A stretch of 31,092 nt of DNA from an uncultured delta proteobacterium (GTDB lineage: Bacteria > Desulfobacterota > Desulfuromonadia > Geobacterales > DSM-12255): positions 1 to 31,092 of the forward strand of contig CAWBBV010000027.1 in assembly GCA_963787125.1 (NCBI GenBank). Direction: 5' to 3'. Below are positions 1 to 10,480 of this stretch, piece after piece. The translations under genes were made by a program, and so were the position numbers. The stretch's first letter is position 1; each line of letters starts with the position of its first letter. The notes below the pieces were generated by a model that did no database searches, was not told where the DNA came from, and worked only from the letters and a program-made list of their open reading frames with translations.

Positions 1-124
1 ACATTCTGATGGCTCGAATCAGATCGAGACGGCGTATGAGGGTGGTGAGCAGCTCCAATCCTGCTACGGAAGTTAGCGTCTGTCGGGCTGCTACATACTG
101 AAAACCGAGATTGTCTTTCACCAT
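1..124 (-). CDS. N-terminal 41 aa of a probable IS1380-family transposase (partial)
   Basis: Manual translation MVKDNLGFQYVAARQTLTSVAGLELLTTLIRRLDLIRAIRM..., with GAAGGAG Shine-Dalgarno upstream; frame open to the window edge; not in ORF track. Confidence 0.6.
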   Translation of the reverse strand, partial: MVKDNLGFQYVAARQTLTSVAGLELLTTLIRRLDLIRAIRM

Positions 125-206
125 TCGGGTGAGCTCCTTCACTACAATTATGTGAAGGATTATAGCATGTTACACTATATTAACCCAATAGTTTTGCGGA
201 TTGGGG
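1..206 (-). mobile_element. Left end of a probable IS1380-family insertion sequence (runs off the window start)
   Basis: Minus-strand ORF starting at 124 has an IS1380-like N-terminal motif (LTSxAGLxLL). Candidate terminal inverted repeat CCCCAATCCGCAAAAC at 206-191 (minus). Other end not in window. Confidence 0.55.
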
Positions 207-227
207 TTTAACTGTAATTAATATGTA

Positions 228-243
228 AGCATGAAATATGCCA
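228..243 (-). promoter_or_regulatory. Sigma54 (RpoN) -24/-12 promoter facing the IS end
   Basis: Minus strand TGGCATATTTCATGCT has exact GG-N10-GC spacing and is close to the TGGCAC-N5-TTGCW consensus. Confidence 0.55.
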
Positions 244-485
244 TGGGAAAAAGATTGTTACTGGCATGGATTATAGTGAAATTGCTTTACATTTCGAGGG
301 TGTATAAAGGAAGTAGCAAAGCTATTTGAATCAATTGTAAACGTTATATAGCGGGTTTTAATTTGAGGAGATTGTGCATGTGTGTTCAATTTTCTGCAGA
401 TGTAGATATGTTTGTAGCTAATAGCCACAAGCACCCACTGCTACTAATGCGTAAAGTCACCTGCGTCAATGCCTGCATCAGGAAC

Positions 486-519
486 AAAAAAAGGACTTAA
501 GCAGTTAAGCCTAAGTCCT
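486..519 (-). terminator. Rho-independent terminator following the duplicated tRNA 3' half (probably the original tRNA terminator)
   Basis: Minus strand AGGACTTAGGCTTAACTGCTTAAGTCC hairpin followed by a T7 run. Confidence 0.7.
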
Positions 520-527
520 GAATTTAA

Positions 528-573
528 TTGGTTGCGGGGACAGGATTTGAACCTGTGACCTTCGGGTTATGAG
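528..573 (-). repeat. att-site direct repeat: duplicated 3' half of tRNA-fMet
   Basis: 46-bp exact match to 1575-1620 (TTGGTTGCGGGGACAGGATTTGAACCTGTGACCTTCGGGTTATGAG), covering anticodon loop to CCA. Confidence 0.95.
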
Positions 574-590
574 TTGTGCTGCTAAACGCT

Positions 591-604
591 TAACTTGCTG
601 ATAT
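591..604 (+). promoter_or_regulatory. Possible IHF-binding site beside the att repeat
   Basis: TAACTTGCTGATAT vs IHF consensus YAANNNNTTGATW (one mismatch), 17 bp inside the att core. Confidence 0.35.
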
Positions 605-648
605 ATTTAGTGTTTTTTATTGCAAATTGGGCGCACTGCGCCAGATAA

Positions 649-1095
649 TTATTTAACGGCACTAAAACCGCCATCCCTCCCTAAAACGTCCACTACCAAC
701 TTCTTGCCGAAAGCAGCCAGGGCGGTTTCGATCTGTTCGATCCGGCTTTTATGCCGCAGGGAGAGGAGTCGGTCAACCAGGGTAGGCGCAAGATTGAGCA
801 TCCGGGCAAGATCGGCCTTTTTCTTGCCAGTTTCAATCAGGGTATTGTGCAGAACGATCTTTCCGGCTGCTACAACTGGGAGCACAACCACCGGGCGGCC
901 TTCTGCGGGAGAAGGATATGGAATGGACCGCTTGTCATCAAGATATGCTTCCAGAATGGTTTCTAGAGCGTCAAGTGCATAGACAAGCGCTTCCGCTTCA
1001 GTCTCTCCGAATGTAACCGCCTCCGGAATATCCGGAAACGTTACCAGAAAGGTGTCGTTATCGTCTGGTGTCAGAATTACTGGATATGCTAGCAT
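649..1095 (-). CDS. hicB: Type II toxin-antitoxin antitoxin HicB (N-terminal partial RNase H fold, C-terminal HTH)
   Basis: YPVILTPDDNDTFLVTFPDIPEAVTFGETEAEAL is the HicB signature; C-terminal KADLARMLNLAPTLVDRLL is HTH-like; lies downstream of hicA with a GAGGA SD. Confidence 0.93.
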   Translation of the reverse strand: MLAYPVILTPDDNDTFLVTFPDIPEAVTFGETEAEALVYALDALETILEAYLDDKRSIPYPSPAEGRPVVVLPVVAAGKIVLHNTLIETGKKKADLARMLNLAPTLVDRLLSLRHKSRIEQIETALAAFGKKLVVDVLGRDGGFSAVK

Positions 1096-1107
1096 AAAGA
1101 TTCCTCC

Positions 1108-1296
1108 TTACTTCAAGCCAAGAGCTTTCTTGATGGCGTTTACCAGACCGGTACCAAGTTCTTTCCCGCTACCATGCATCGGCAGATCGGTGACTTTATC
1201 TCCCAGCCTAACGATCATGTGTCCGCTACCGCCTTTCTTTGTCTCGAAAGTGCATCCCTGATCCGCCAGCCATCTTTTGAGTTCCTTGCTGTTCAT
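1108..1296 (-). CDS. hicA: Type II toxin-antitoxin mRNA interferase HicA (62 aa)
   Basis: MNSKELKRWLADQGCTFETKKGGSGHMIVRLGDKVTDLPMHGSGKELGTGLVNAIKKALGLK has the GSGH catalytic His motif. Start placed at ATG 1296 rather than the ORF-track start 1386. Confidence 0.93.
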   Translation of the reverse strand: MNSKELKRWLADQGCTFETKKGGSGHMIVRLGDKVTDLPMHGSGKELGTGLVNAIKKALGLK

Positions 1297-1302
1297 AAGT
1301 AA

Positions 1303-1354
1303 AATATATACATTTATGTTTACAGCGTCAAGAAATAATATACATATTTGTTTA
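1303..1354 (-). promoter_or_regulatory. hicAB sigma70 promoter (leaderless) with two putative HicB operators
   Basis: TTGACG (1331-1326), 17 bp, TATATT (1308-1303), 6 bp, ATG. Two imperfect palindromes TAAACA-N4-TGTATA at 1307-1322 and 1339-1354. Confidence 0.75.
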
Positions 1355-1533
1355 TAGTTTTTATGCACTCCAGCATTCGGGGCCAATGATTATTTGTCAG
1401 TCCATAATCTAAGTTTAGATATTAACTCTGTGACCTGCGGGTTTATTTTGCAGAAAGTGCAGTGTTTTCAGTAAGATAGGTTGTAATAAATGAAGAGTGC
1501 GCCAAAGTGCGCCAGAATAACTGGGCTAAAATG

Positions 1534-1567
1534 GAAAAAGGGAGTCAGCTAACTAGCCGACTCCCTT
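1534..1567 (-). terminator. Rho-independent terminator after the intact tRNA, inside the integrated element
   Basis: Minus strand AAGGGAGTCGGCTAGTTAGCTGACTCCC followed by TTTTT. Confidence 0.8.
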
Positions 1568-1575
1568 GACTTTTT

Positions 1576-1652
<77 letters not shown>

Positions 1653-1730
1653 ACAATCGAATTCCTTTTATACCAGAGCGGTTAAGGCAGGTCAAGTGAA
1701 ATAATCAATTAAATTCAAATAAACCGAAAT

Positions 1731-1758
1731 AAAAAAAGGCGGGGTTTCCCCCGCCTTT
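1731..1758 (-). terminator. Rho-independent terminator of glnBA
   Basis: Minus strand AAAGGCGGGGGAAACCCCGCC followed by a T7 run, just after the glnA stop. Confidence 0.85.
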
Positions 1759-1770
1759 GGTGAAGCTGGC

Positions 1771-3186
<1,416 letters not shown>

Positions 3187-3213
3187 TAATCTCCTTTCAG
3201 TTGGTTTTATGGT

Positions 3214-3555
<342 letters not shown>

Positions 3556-3643
3556 TCACTCTCCCATAATGTTTGAATTGATTTGTCGTTAAATAAAGAA
3601 GTGCAGTGGTTGTCAATACTGCAAATTCTTTGTTGAAGGTTAT

Positions 3644-3659
3644 AGCAAGATGTTTGCCT
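3644..3659 (-). promoter_or_regulatory. Sigma54 -24/-12 promoter of glnBA
   Basis: Minus strand AGGCAAACATCTTGCT (GG-N10-GC), about 90 bp upstream of the glnB start. Confidence 0.8.
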
Positions 3660-3729
3660 AAATTTCAGCAAGAAATATACATATAATTACAATTAGTTAG
3701 GCTTACGGGTAAGGCTAAGGTTGAAAAAG

Positions 3730-3777
3730 TGCCTTCATTTTAATCATTTTGCAACTTGTCTGCATATAATTTAATCA
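3730..3777. promoter_or_regulatory. Tandem putative enhancer sites for an NtrC-type activator
   Basis: Two related 17-mers, TGCCTTCATTTTAATCA (3730-3746) and TGCATATAATTTAATCA (3761-3777), 31 bp apart and upstream of the sigma54 promoter. Confidence 0.6.
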
Positions 3778-4033
3778 TCAGGAAGTGGATGAGCAATTAA
3801 AAATATACAGGTTTCATGTGAGGGGCAACAGATAGGATTTGGTCCTGTATTTATATAATGGAAAAGACCGGCGGCGACAGGTAAAGGGTGGAAAACTTAC
3901 TGTCTGCTCTGATTGATGCAACAATCACTGACAAGTCCTGAAAACAGTAAATACATAGCCAACCTGAATCCGGTTGTCAAGATAATAGGAGTTAAAGGCA
4001 AGCTGGAGCTGATCTATCTCTGAAGTTGATTTC

Positions 4034-4065
4034 AAAAAATGGGGGGCACCGTTTGGCGCCCCCCA
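4034..4065 (-). terminator. Rho-independent terminator of nrdJ
   Basis: Minus strand TGGGGGGCGCCAAACGGTGCCCCCCA followed by TTTTTT. Confidence 0.8.
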
Positions 4066-4091
4066 GCATCTTCATTTAGATCCTGTCGGAT

Positions 4092-6326
4092 TTAGGCGCA
4101 CTCAGAATAGCCGCAGACATGACAGACCGAGCAGCCGCCTTCATGTTCAACCGGTCCGCCACACTCCGGGCAGGCACCGCGCTCATGTCCGGATTTATGG
4201 ATGCCGGTGTCGTAGCCGGCTGCATGCATATGTGCTTGGATCGCCTTGGCAACAGCATCAGCGCAGGAAAGAACCTTGCTGTCTCCGAAACCAGACGGGC
4301 AGTGGCAGGATATTCCCATCAGCTGTTTTACCACCTGCCGTGCCTGAACACCGCTTCTCCAGGCCAAGGATACCATTCTGCCCAGTGCTTCTGCCTGTGA
4401 TGCCGCACAGCCGCCAGCCTTACCCATTGTGGTGAAGAGCTCGAAGAGTCCCTGTTTGTCTTCATTTACGGTGATGTAGAGAGGGCCGCAGCCCGTCTGC
4501 ATCTGGTAAGTCCACCCTTTGAGAGCTTTGGGGCGGTCCCGCTTGAAAGTGTGCTTGTCTTCGCTTGGCACCGCTGTCGGCTCAATTTTTTCCTCTTTTT
4601 TGCCGGTGGAAAGAACCTGTTCGTCACGGGAACCGTCACGGTAGATTGTCACCCCTTTACAACCAGACTGATAGGCAAGGCGATAAACCTTTTCAACATC
4701 TTCAACAGTCGCTTCTGCGGAGAAATTGACAGTCTTTGACACAGCATTGTCAGTATGCAGCTGAAAAGCCGACTGCATGGCTATATGGTCTTCAGGGTTT
4801 ATGTCGTGAGCAGTGACGAAGATTTCCCGAAGATCGGCCGGAATGGCATTGATGTCGTGAATCGTCCCATGTTGCGCGATCGCCTCCATCAGTTCCTGGG
4901 AGTAGAATTCGCGCTCCTTGGCGATCTTTTCGAAGATCGGATTGACTTCGACGAGAATATTCTTATCCATTACCTGACGGATGTAAGAGACTGCAAATAG
5001 AGGCTCTACACCGGATGATGCATTGGCGATGATCGAAATGGTGCCGGTCGGGGCAATTGTTGTTACTGTTGCGTTTCGAATCGGTGCAAGGCCTGGTTTG
5101 TCATAAATCGAGCCTTTGAAGTTAGGGAATGCTCCGCGGATTTTGGCCAGTTCGCGTGATGCAGCGTGGCCTTCGTCATTGATAAACTTCATTACTTTTT
5201 CGCCAAGCGCGATCCCTTCCGGTGAGTTGTACGGAATCCCCAGGAGGATAAGCATGTCAGCCCAGCCCATGACACCAAGCCCGATTTTGCGGTTGGAACG
5301 GGTCATTTCATCTATCTGCGGCAAGGGGTAGTTATTGACCTCAATAACATTGTCAAGGAATTTGACCGCCAGCTTGATGACTTCATTGAGCCGGAACCAG
5401 TCGACGTCTCCAGCCTTTACCATTTTTCCGAGGTTTATGGAGCCAAGATTGCAAGACTCATAAGGGAGGAGCGGTTGCTCGCCGCAGGGATTGGTTGATT
5501 CGATTTCGCCGATGAGCGGGGTAGGGTTGTCGCGGTTAAGTCTGTCAAGGAAGATAATGCCCGGTTCGCCGTTTTCCCATGCCTGTTTGACGATGCGGTG
5601 AAAGACTTTTCTGGCATTCAGTGCGCCACAGATCTCGCCGCTGCGCGGGTTTTTGATGTTGTATTCCTGATCCTTTTCAACCGCTTCCATAAAAGCTTCA
5701 GTAATGCCGACGGAAATATTGAAGTTATTAAGTTGCTTCTGGTCGGACTTGCACATGATGAAGTCCATGATATCCGGGTGATCGACTCGTAGAATACCCA
5801 TGTTGGCGCCTCTGCGTGTACCCCCTTGCTTGATGGTCTCAGTGGCGATATCAAATACTTTCATGAATGAGAGCGGACCACTGGAGATACCGGTAGTTGA
5901 CATGACGACATCATTTGCCGGCCTGAGGCGCGAGAATGAAAAGCCAGTACCACCGCCTGACTTGTGGATGAGCGCTGTGAATTTTACGGCATCAAAGATC
6001 TCCTCCATAGAGTCACCGATAGGCAGGACAAAGCAGGCTGACAGCTGGCCAAGTTCACGCCCGGCATTCATAAGCGTAGGAGAGTTAGGGAGAAATTCCA
6101 TGTTTGCCATCATCGAGTAAAAGCTGTCAGAAAGCTTTTTAGTGTCGGCTTTTTTGTCAAAGACCGCATCAGCAGAGGCTATTGCATCTGCTACCCGGCG
6201 GAAAAGGTCTGCCGGTGTTTCGAGGGGTTTACCGCTTTGGTCTCTCTTTAAGTAGCGCTTTTCCAGAACGGTTAGTGCATTGGGGGAGAGAGCCGGTTGA
6301 AGGTTGCCTGATGTTCTGCTTGACAT
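4092..6326 (-). CDS. nrdJ: Class II (adenosylcobalamin-dependent) ribonucleotide reductase with C-terminal TSCPD-like and Zn-ribbon domain
   Basis: PNSPTLMNAG, QLSACFV, QGGTRRGANM, TNPCGEQPL, CNLGS, TIAPTGT, GCKGVTIYRDGSR; C-terminal SCADA and CPECG...CHVCGYSEC; no adjacent nrdB. Confidence 0.93.
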   Translation of the reverse strand: MSSRTSGNLQPALSPNALTVLEKRYLKRDQSGKPLETPADLFRRVADAIASADAVFDKKADTKKLSDSFYSMMANMEFLPNSPTLMNAGRELGQLSACFVLPIGDSMEEIFDAVKFTALIHKSGGGTGFSFSRLRPANDVVMSTTGISSGPLSFMKVFDIATETIKQGGTRRGANMGILRVDHPDIMDFIMCKSDQKQLNNFNISVGITEAFMEAVEKDQEYNIKNPRSGEICGALNARKVFHRIVKQAWENGEPGIIFLDRLNRDNPTPLIGEIESTNPCGEQPLLPYESCNLGSINLGKMVKAGDVDWFRLNEVIKLAVKFLDNVIEVNNYPLPQIDEMTRSNRKIGLGVMGWADMLILLGIPYNSPEGIALGEKVMKFINDEGHAASRELAKIRGAFPNFKGSIYDKPGLAPIRNATVTTIAPTGTISIIANASSGVEPLFAVSYIRQVMDKNILVEVNPIFEKIAKEREFYSQELMEAIAQHGTIHDINAIPADLREIFVTAHDINPEDHIAMQSAFQLHTDNAVSKTVNFSAEATVEDVEKVYRLAYQSGCKGVTIYRDGSRDEQVLSTGKKEEKIEPTAVPSEDKHTFKRDRPKALKGWTYQMQTGCGPLYITVNEDKQGLFELFTTMGKAGGCAASQAEALGRMVSLAWRSGVQARQVVKQLMGISCHCPSGFGDSKVLSCADAVAKAIQAHMHAAGYDTGIHKSGHERGACPECGGPVEHEGGCSVCHVCGYSECA

Positions 6327-6402
6327 GATCCAAACTCCTTTTTGGTAGAAATAACTTCGTTAGTGAACTTATCGTTGTTTATAGTGTCGGCAAGTTAAAT
6401 TA

Positions 6403-6450
6403 CATCTATATTTGGTGTGTGCGTGGAACATTAACCACAATATATATGGG
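6403..6450. promoter_or_regulatory. Tandem NrdR boxes upstream of nrdJ
   Basis: CATCTATATTTGGTGT (6403-6418; reverse complement ACACCAAATATAGATG) and CCACAATATATATGGG (6435-6450) resemble acaCwAtATaTwGtgt and are 32 bp apart. Confidence 0.8.
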
Positions 6451-6604
6451 GGTGTCAAGTGGTTTTCGATTAGAAATGTAACCCGCTGAATACACGAAGG
6501 ATCATGTTTGAGATGGCAGGAGTAGGTATAATTTAAGCCGGCATTTATGGTCTCAAGTCGCTTCGAGATTTACAAAGATAATGAAATATGTTAAGGGATA
6601 AACA

Positions 6605-7687
6605 ATGAAAGAGGACTTTGTAAAGCCTGTCGCCCAATGTTCTGAATGTGGCAATGCGTCACTTCAGCACCAGATAGATGCACTGCGGGATCTGATTGAG
6701 GTTGCAAGGACAGTGGTCTCCACACTGGATCTGGATACGCTTTTGCAATCTATCATGGTCAGTGCAATGCATTATTCCGATACCCCTGCCGGAAGTGTCG
6801 CTCTTTATGATAGTAAGAAGCAGGAGCTGTCGCTACATGCTCATCGAGGGCTTTCAGCCGAATTTGTAACGGTTGAAAGGTGGGGTGTGTCTAGCGGCGG
6901 CCTCACAGAGCAGATACTGAACTCCGGTGAGATTTTTATAGTCAGCGACACCGAAAATTCCCCTTTTTTTCATAATCCTGTCGCCGTGAAAGAAGGAATT
7001 CGTTCTCTTATATGCATTCCCCTTGTTTTTCAGGACGATATCGTCGGTATTCTCTACCTCGACGATTTTATCCCCCGCGATTTCGACCGGGGAAGCCTGG
7101 AACTTCTGTCAATACTTGCCTCATTTGCGGCCCTTGCCATTCATAACGCGCGTCTTCACAACAAGACCAAATTGATGGCAATTACAGATTATCTGACAGG
7201 TCTTTATAATCACCGTTATTTTCAGCAGATTTTGACTCAGGAACTGGGCAGAGCCAGGCGGTATGACAAAATGCTCTCGCTGGTAATTCTTGATATCGAC
7301 AACTTCAAGAGTTTCAACGACAGCTTTGGCCATGCGGTGGGAGACAAGGTTCTTGTGGCGATGGGCGACATTATCAGCCGCTTTCTCCGCAAGATTGACT
7401 ATGCTTTCAGATACGGTGGCGAGGAATTTGTCATCCTGCTGCCGGAGACTTCACTTGAAAATGCAGTTCTGGCAGCGGAAAGACTCCGCACTAAAATAGC
7501 CGAAGAAGCTGTAATCTCGGTGCCTGAGGCTGGCGGTAACAGCATAACCGTCAGTGCAGGAGTTGCCTGCTATCCGGAAAATGGGACAAGCCGTGAAGAT
7601 CTATTCTCGCTCATGGACTCTTACCTGTATAAGGCAAAATCCATGGGTAAAAACCGCGTCTGCCACTCTATTTCCAAAGACTGCTGA
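6605..7687 (+). CDS. GAF-sensor diguanylate cyclase
   Basis: GAF (SLICIPLVFQDDIVGILYL), then TDYLTGLYN, DIDNFKSFNDSFGHAVGD, RKID I-site (RxxD) and RYGGEEF active site. Confidence 0.95.
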   Translation: MKEDFVKPVAQCSECGNASLQHQIDALRDLIEVARTVVSTLDLDTLLQSIMVSAMHYSDTPAGSVALYDSKKQELSLHAHRGLSAEFVTVERWGVSSGGLTEQILNSGEIFIVSDTENSPFFHNPVAVKEGIRSLICIPLVFQDDIVGILYLDDFIPRDFDRGSLELLSILASFAALAIHNARLHNKTKLMAITDYLTGLYNHRYFQQILTQELGRARRYDKMLSLVILDIDNFKSFNDSFGHAVGDKVLVAMGDIISRFLRKIDYAFRYGGEEFVILLPETSLENAVLAAERLRTKIAEEAVISVPEAGGNSITVSAGVACYPENGTSREDLFSLMDSYLYKAKSMGKNRVCHSISKDC

Positions 7688-7691
7688 AAAG

Positions 7692-9020
7692 GTGGCAAAC
7701 CTGTTGCTCTGTATTTACCGAAATTCAAAGGCATTTATTCTTTTTTTGCTTATATTCCTTTCTCCGCTTAACCTCAATGCAGAGTGGTCCTTTCCGTTCA
7801 ATTCAGCGCCGCAGCCAAAGCCGGTTCCAGCAGTTTCCGCTGGTGGCGCCGTTGTTGTAAAGCCGGATAAAATTGAGCCGGTAATATCTGCCAAGTCTCC
7901 TGTTCTTGCATTGCCAGCGAAAGTTCAACCACAATCAGCCCCCTTGGTTCCTCTCCCTGAAGCACTACCTGAAAAAACCGGTAGTACTAAGGTTGCGCCA
8001 CCAACGAGAGGATTGGCTCCTTTTGCACCGTCGCTTAAATCAGGTTCCAGGACGATCACTGAAGACTCTGTCTGGAACGGTGCAGTGCAGATCGAAGGGA
8101 TGGTTACAGTCGCTGCGCAGGCAACCCTGACACTTTTGCCGGGAACAGTTGTCAGATTTGGCCCGGATTCTGGTATACTTGTTCTTGGCAGGATAGTTGC
8201 CAAAGGTTCTCCTGAGACCCCGATAACATTTGCTTCGCAATATTCGGAACCATACCCTGCGGATTGGTATGGGGTTGTGCTGACAGACACAAGTAAGAAA
8301 AATGTTTTCGAACAGGTAGTGATTATGGGTGCAGAGAGTGCGATTCATGCGCGTTTCTCTACCTTTGCTGTCAAAAATATCCGCGTGGAGAGTTCTGTAA
8401 CTGCCATCAGGATGATGGATTCAATAGGATCCCTTAAAAATGTGACAATTTCAGGCTGCTCTACTGGAATCTCTGCACAAAAGAGCGAAATAGAGCTTGA
8501 AACCGTAGCGATTGAAAAAGGTAAGACAGGGTTGACGGTTTCATCTTCGGCCGTCTCAGCGGAAAAGCTTAAAATATCAGCATTTACCCAGGCTGCTCTG
8601 GTTGCCGAAAAATCACGTTTTTTGATCGCTAAAAGCCTGTTTTCCGCCAGTTTGACCGGGGCCAGGATCAGTGCTTGCGAAGGGACAATCATTAATTCAA
8701 GGTTCACTGCCAATATTGAAACCGGGGTAGCTGTGAGTGGCTCTATACTCAAGTTTAATGCCAATCTTGTTACTGGAAGTAAAGTCGGGCTGCAACTAGA
8801 GGATAATCTGACTGCTGCCTGGGGGAACTCTATTTATGGCAACAGTAACTACAATCTGCTTTATCTGGGTGATGAGCCGGTTTATGTAGGGGGGAACTGG
8901 CTTGGAACGGCGAATGCCGAGGCAATAAATAAGCGGATTTTCTCCAAACGGCCAGATGCTGTTCAGCTATTGCCGGTTCTAACTTTAGAGCCGCTATTTG
9001 TGTCAGAACCTGTTTTTTAA
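7692..9020 (+). CDS. Exported right-handed beta-helix repeat protein with Pro-rich N-terminal linker
   Basis: Hydrophobic signal-like segment (AFILFLLIFLSPLNLNA), Pro-rich tract, LTLLPGTVVRF..G.I.AKGSPETPITF motif, parallel beta-helix-like repeats. Start uncertain (GTG 7692 chosen). Confidence 0.7.
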   Translation: MANLLLCIYRNSKAFILFLLIFLSPLNLNAEWSFPFNSAPQPKPVPAVSAGGAVVVKPDKIEPVISAKSPVLALPAKVQPQSAPLVPLPEALPEKTGSTKVAPPTRGLAPFAPSLKSGSRTITEDSVWNGAVQIEGMVTVAAQATLTLLPGTVVRFGPDSGILVLGRIVAKGSPETPITFASQYSEPYPADWYGVVLTDTSKKNVFEQVVIMGAESAIHARFSTFAVKNIRVESSVTAIRMMDSIGSLKNVTISGCSTGISAQKSEIELETVAIEKGKTGLTVSSSAVSAEKLKISAFTQAALVAEKSRFLIAKSLFSASLTGARISACEGTIINSRFTANIETGVAVSGSILKFNANLVTGSKVGLQLEDNLTAAWGNSIYGNSNYNLLYLGDEPVYVGGNWLGTANAEAINKRIFSKRPDAVQLLPVLTLEPLFVSEPVF

Positions 9021-9028
9021 GGTGATTA

Positions 9029-10192
9029 ATGTCAATTTATCTTGATAATGCTGCTACTACATTTCCCAAACCTGAGTGCGTGTACAAAGCGATGGACGCA
9101 ACTCTCAGAGAAACAGGCGTCTCTCCCAATCGTGGTGGCTACCGACAGTCTCTTGATGCTGCCAGAATACTTTTTGCCGCGCGTGAATCACTGGCTTGCC
9201 TTTTCGGGGTAGAGGATTCCTCCAGGTTCATCATTACCCACAGCGCCACTGAATCCCTCAATCTTGCGGTTAACGGCCTCTTGCGTAATGGCGATCATGT
9301 TGTCACCACGACAATGGAACATAATTCTCTGGCAAGACCGCTTCATGCGGCAAGCAGTTCAGGGGTAGACGTCACTTGGGTAGACGGTGACCATGATGGT
9401 TATGTCTCCGTAGATTCTATTCTGAAAGCAGTCACTCCAGAAACTCGTCTGGTAGCGATGACTCACTGTTCCAATGTGACAGGTGCTCTCAATCCGATTG
9501 CCGAGATCGGGTCGATACTGAAAAGCCGGGGTATTACCTTTCTCCTTGACGCCTCTCAGAGTGCGGGAACCGTTCCTATCGATATTCCGGCGCTGAATGT
9601 CGATCTGTTTGCCGCTCCCGGGCACAAGGGGATGTATGGGCCCCAGGGGACCGGTTTTCTTTACATTGGTGAAGGTATTGAACTAAAGCCTCTCCTGGTC
9701 GGTGGCACCGGTGGCGGCTCCACAGAGCTTACCCCACCCGATGAACTGCCGGAGCGCTTTGAAAGCGGCACTCTCAATATCGCCGGTATAGCAGGACTCA
9801 AGGCCGGTGCGGATTTTATCGCCTCACGAGGAGTCGCAAGCATTCAGCGTCATGAACTGCTCCTGGTGAACTCTTTGCTGGAAGGGCTTCTGGCAAACAA
9901 CGCTGTGCGGGTATTCAACGCAGATATCAGTAAACCGAGAGGTTCGGTAGTATCCTTTGCTGTTAAAGGGGTTGATCCTTCACTGGTAGGTTTCATGCTG
10001 GACAGGGATTTTGACATTGCCGTCAGGGTCGGTCTCCACTGTGCGCCACTTGCTCATCGCACCATCGGCTCATATCCTGAAGGGACTATCAGGGTGAGCC
10101 CCGGCATTTTCAACACGAAAGACGATATCGACCAGTTTTTGGCTGCCTTGAAAGTGATTATCAGTGGTAACGTCAAGGAGTTGAAACCATGA
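9029..10192 (+). CDS. Cysteine desulfurase family PLP enzyme (aminotransferase class V)
   Basis: IYLDNAATT, MEHNS, HCSNVTG, DASQSAG, PGHKG (PLP Lys), RVGLHCAP. Confidence 0.92.
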   Translation: MSIYLDNAATTFPKPECVYKAMDATLRETGVSPNRGGYRQSLDAARILFAARESLACLFGVEDSSRFIITHSATESLNLAVNGLLRNGDHVVTTTMEHNSLARPLHAASSSGVDVTWVDGDHDGYVSVDSILKAVTPETRLVAMTHCSNVTGALNPIAEIGSILKSRGITFLLDASQSAGTVPIDIPALNVDLFAAPGHKGMYGPQGTGFLYIGEGIELKPLLVGGTGGGSTELTPPDELPERFESGTLNIAGIAGLKAGADFIASRGVASIQRHELLLVNSLLEGLLANNAVRVFNADISKPRGSVVSFAVKGVDPSLVGFMLDRDFDIAVRVGLHCAPLAHRTIGSYPEGTIRVSPGIFNTKDDIDQFLAALKVIISGNVKELKP

Positions 10193-10461
10193 ATTTGAGA
10201 ACATGCCTGCTCGGTTTTGTCATGTTCATCCTTGCCACCGGGTGTTCTATGACGCCGGAAAAGCCGATAACAAGGCAGGAGCTTTATAAGTCCAATGTCT
10301 TCAGCGAGTTTGCCATCAAGGACTCTCCCGAAAGCGTTCTGGCAACGCTTAATCGGGAAGGTGAAGTTGTTCTTGAGGGTAAAACACGCTTCGGGGATGA
10401 ATATTTCATAAAAATACTGGCAACAGGTTCCGGCCTCAAGATTCGTATTTACGCCAAATAA
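10189..10461 (+). CDS. Small lipoprotein of unknown function
   Basis: Signal peptide with lipobox LATGC; ATGA overlap with the upstream gene. Confidence 0.8.
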   Translation: MNLRTCLLGFVMFILATGCSMTPEKPITRQELYKSNVFSEFAIKDSPESVLATLNREGEVVLEGKTRFGDEYFIKILATGSGLKIRIYAK

Positions 10462-10480
10462 ATCATAAAAAGAGGCATCA

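Noticed and set aside
528..573. Second tRNA-Met gene
   Set aside because: Only the 3' half is present. Identity stops at the anticodon loop and there is no D-arm or 5' acceptor strand, so it is an att repeat.
1297..1386. 30-aa N-terminal extension of HicA in the ORF track
   Set aside because: It overlaps the promoter and operators; HicA homology starts at ATG 1296.
6327..6604. Cobalamin riboswitch upstream of nrdJ
   Set aside because: No recognisable B12-box or conserved core; the region is explained by NrdR boxes and divergent promoters.
7554..7691. N-terminal extension of the beta-helix protein
   Set aside because: It overlaps the diguanylate cyclase by over 130 bp and precedes the signal-like segment.
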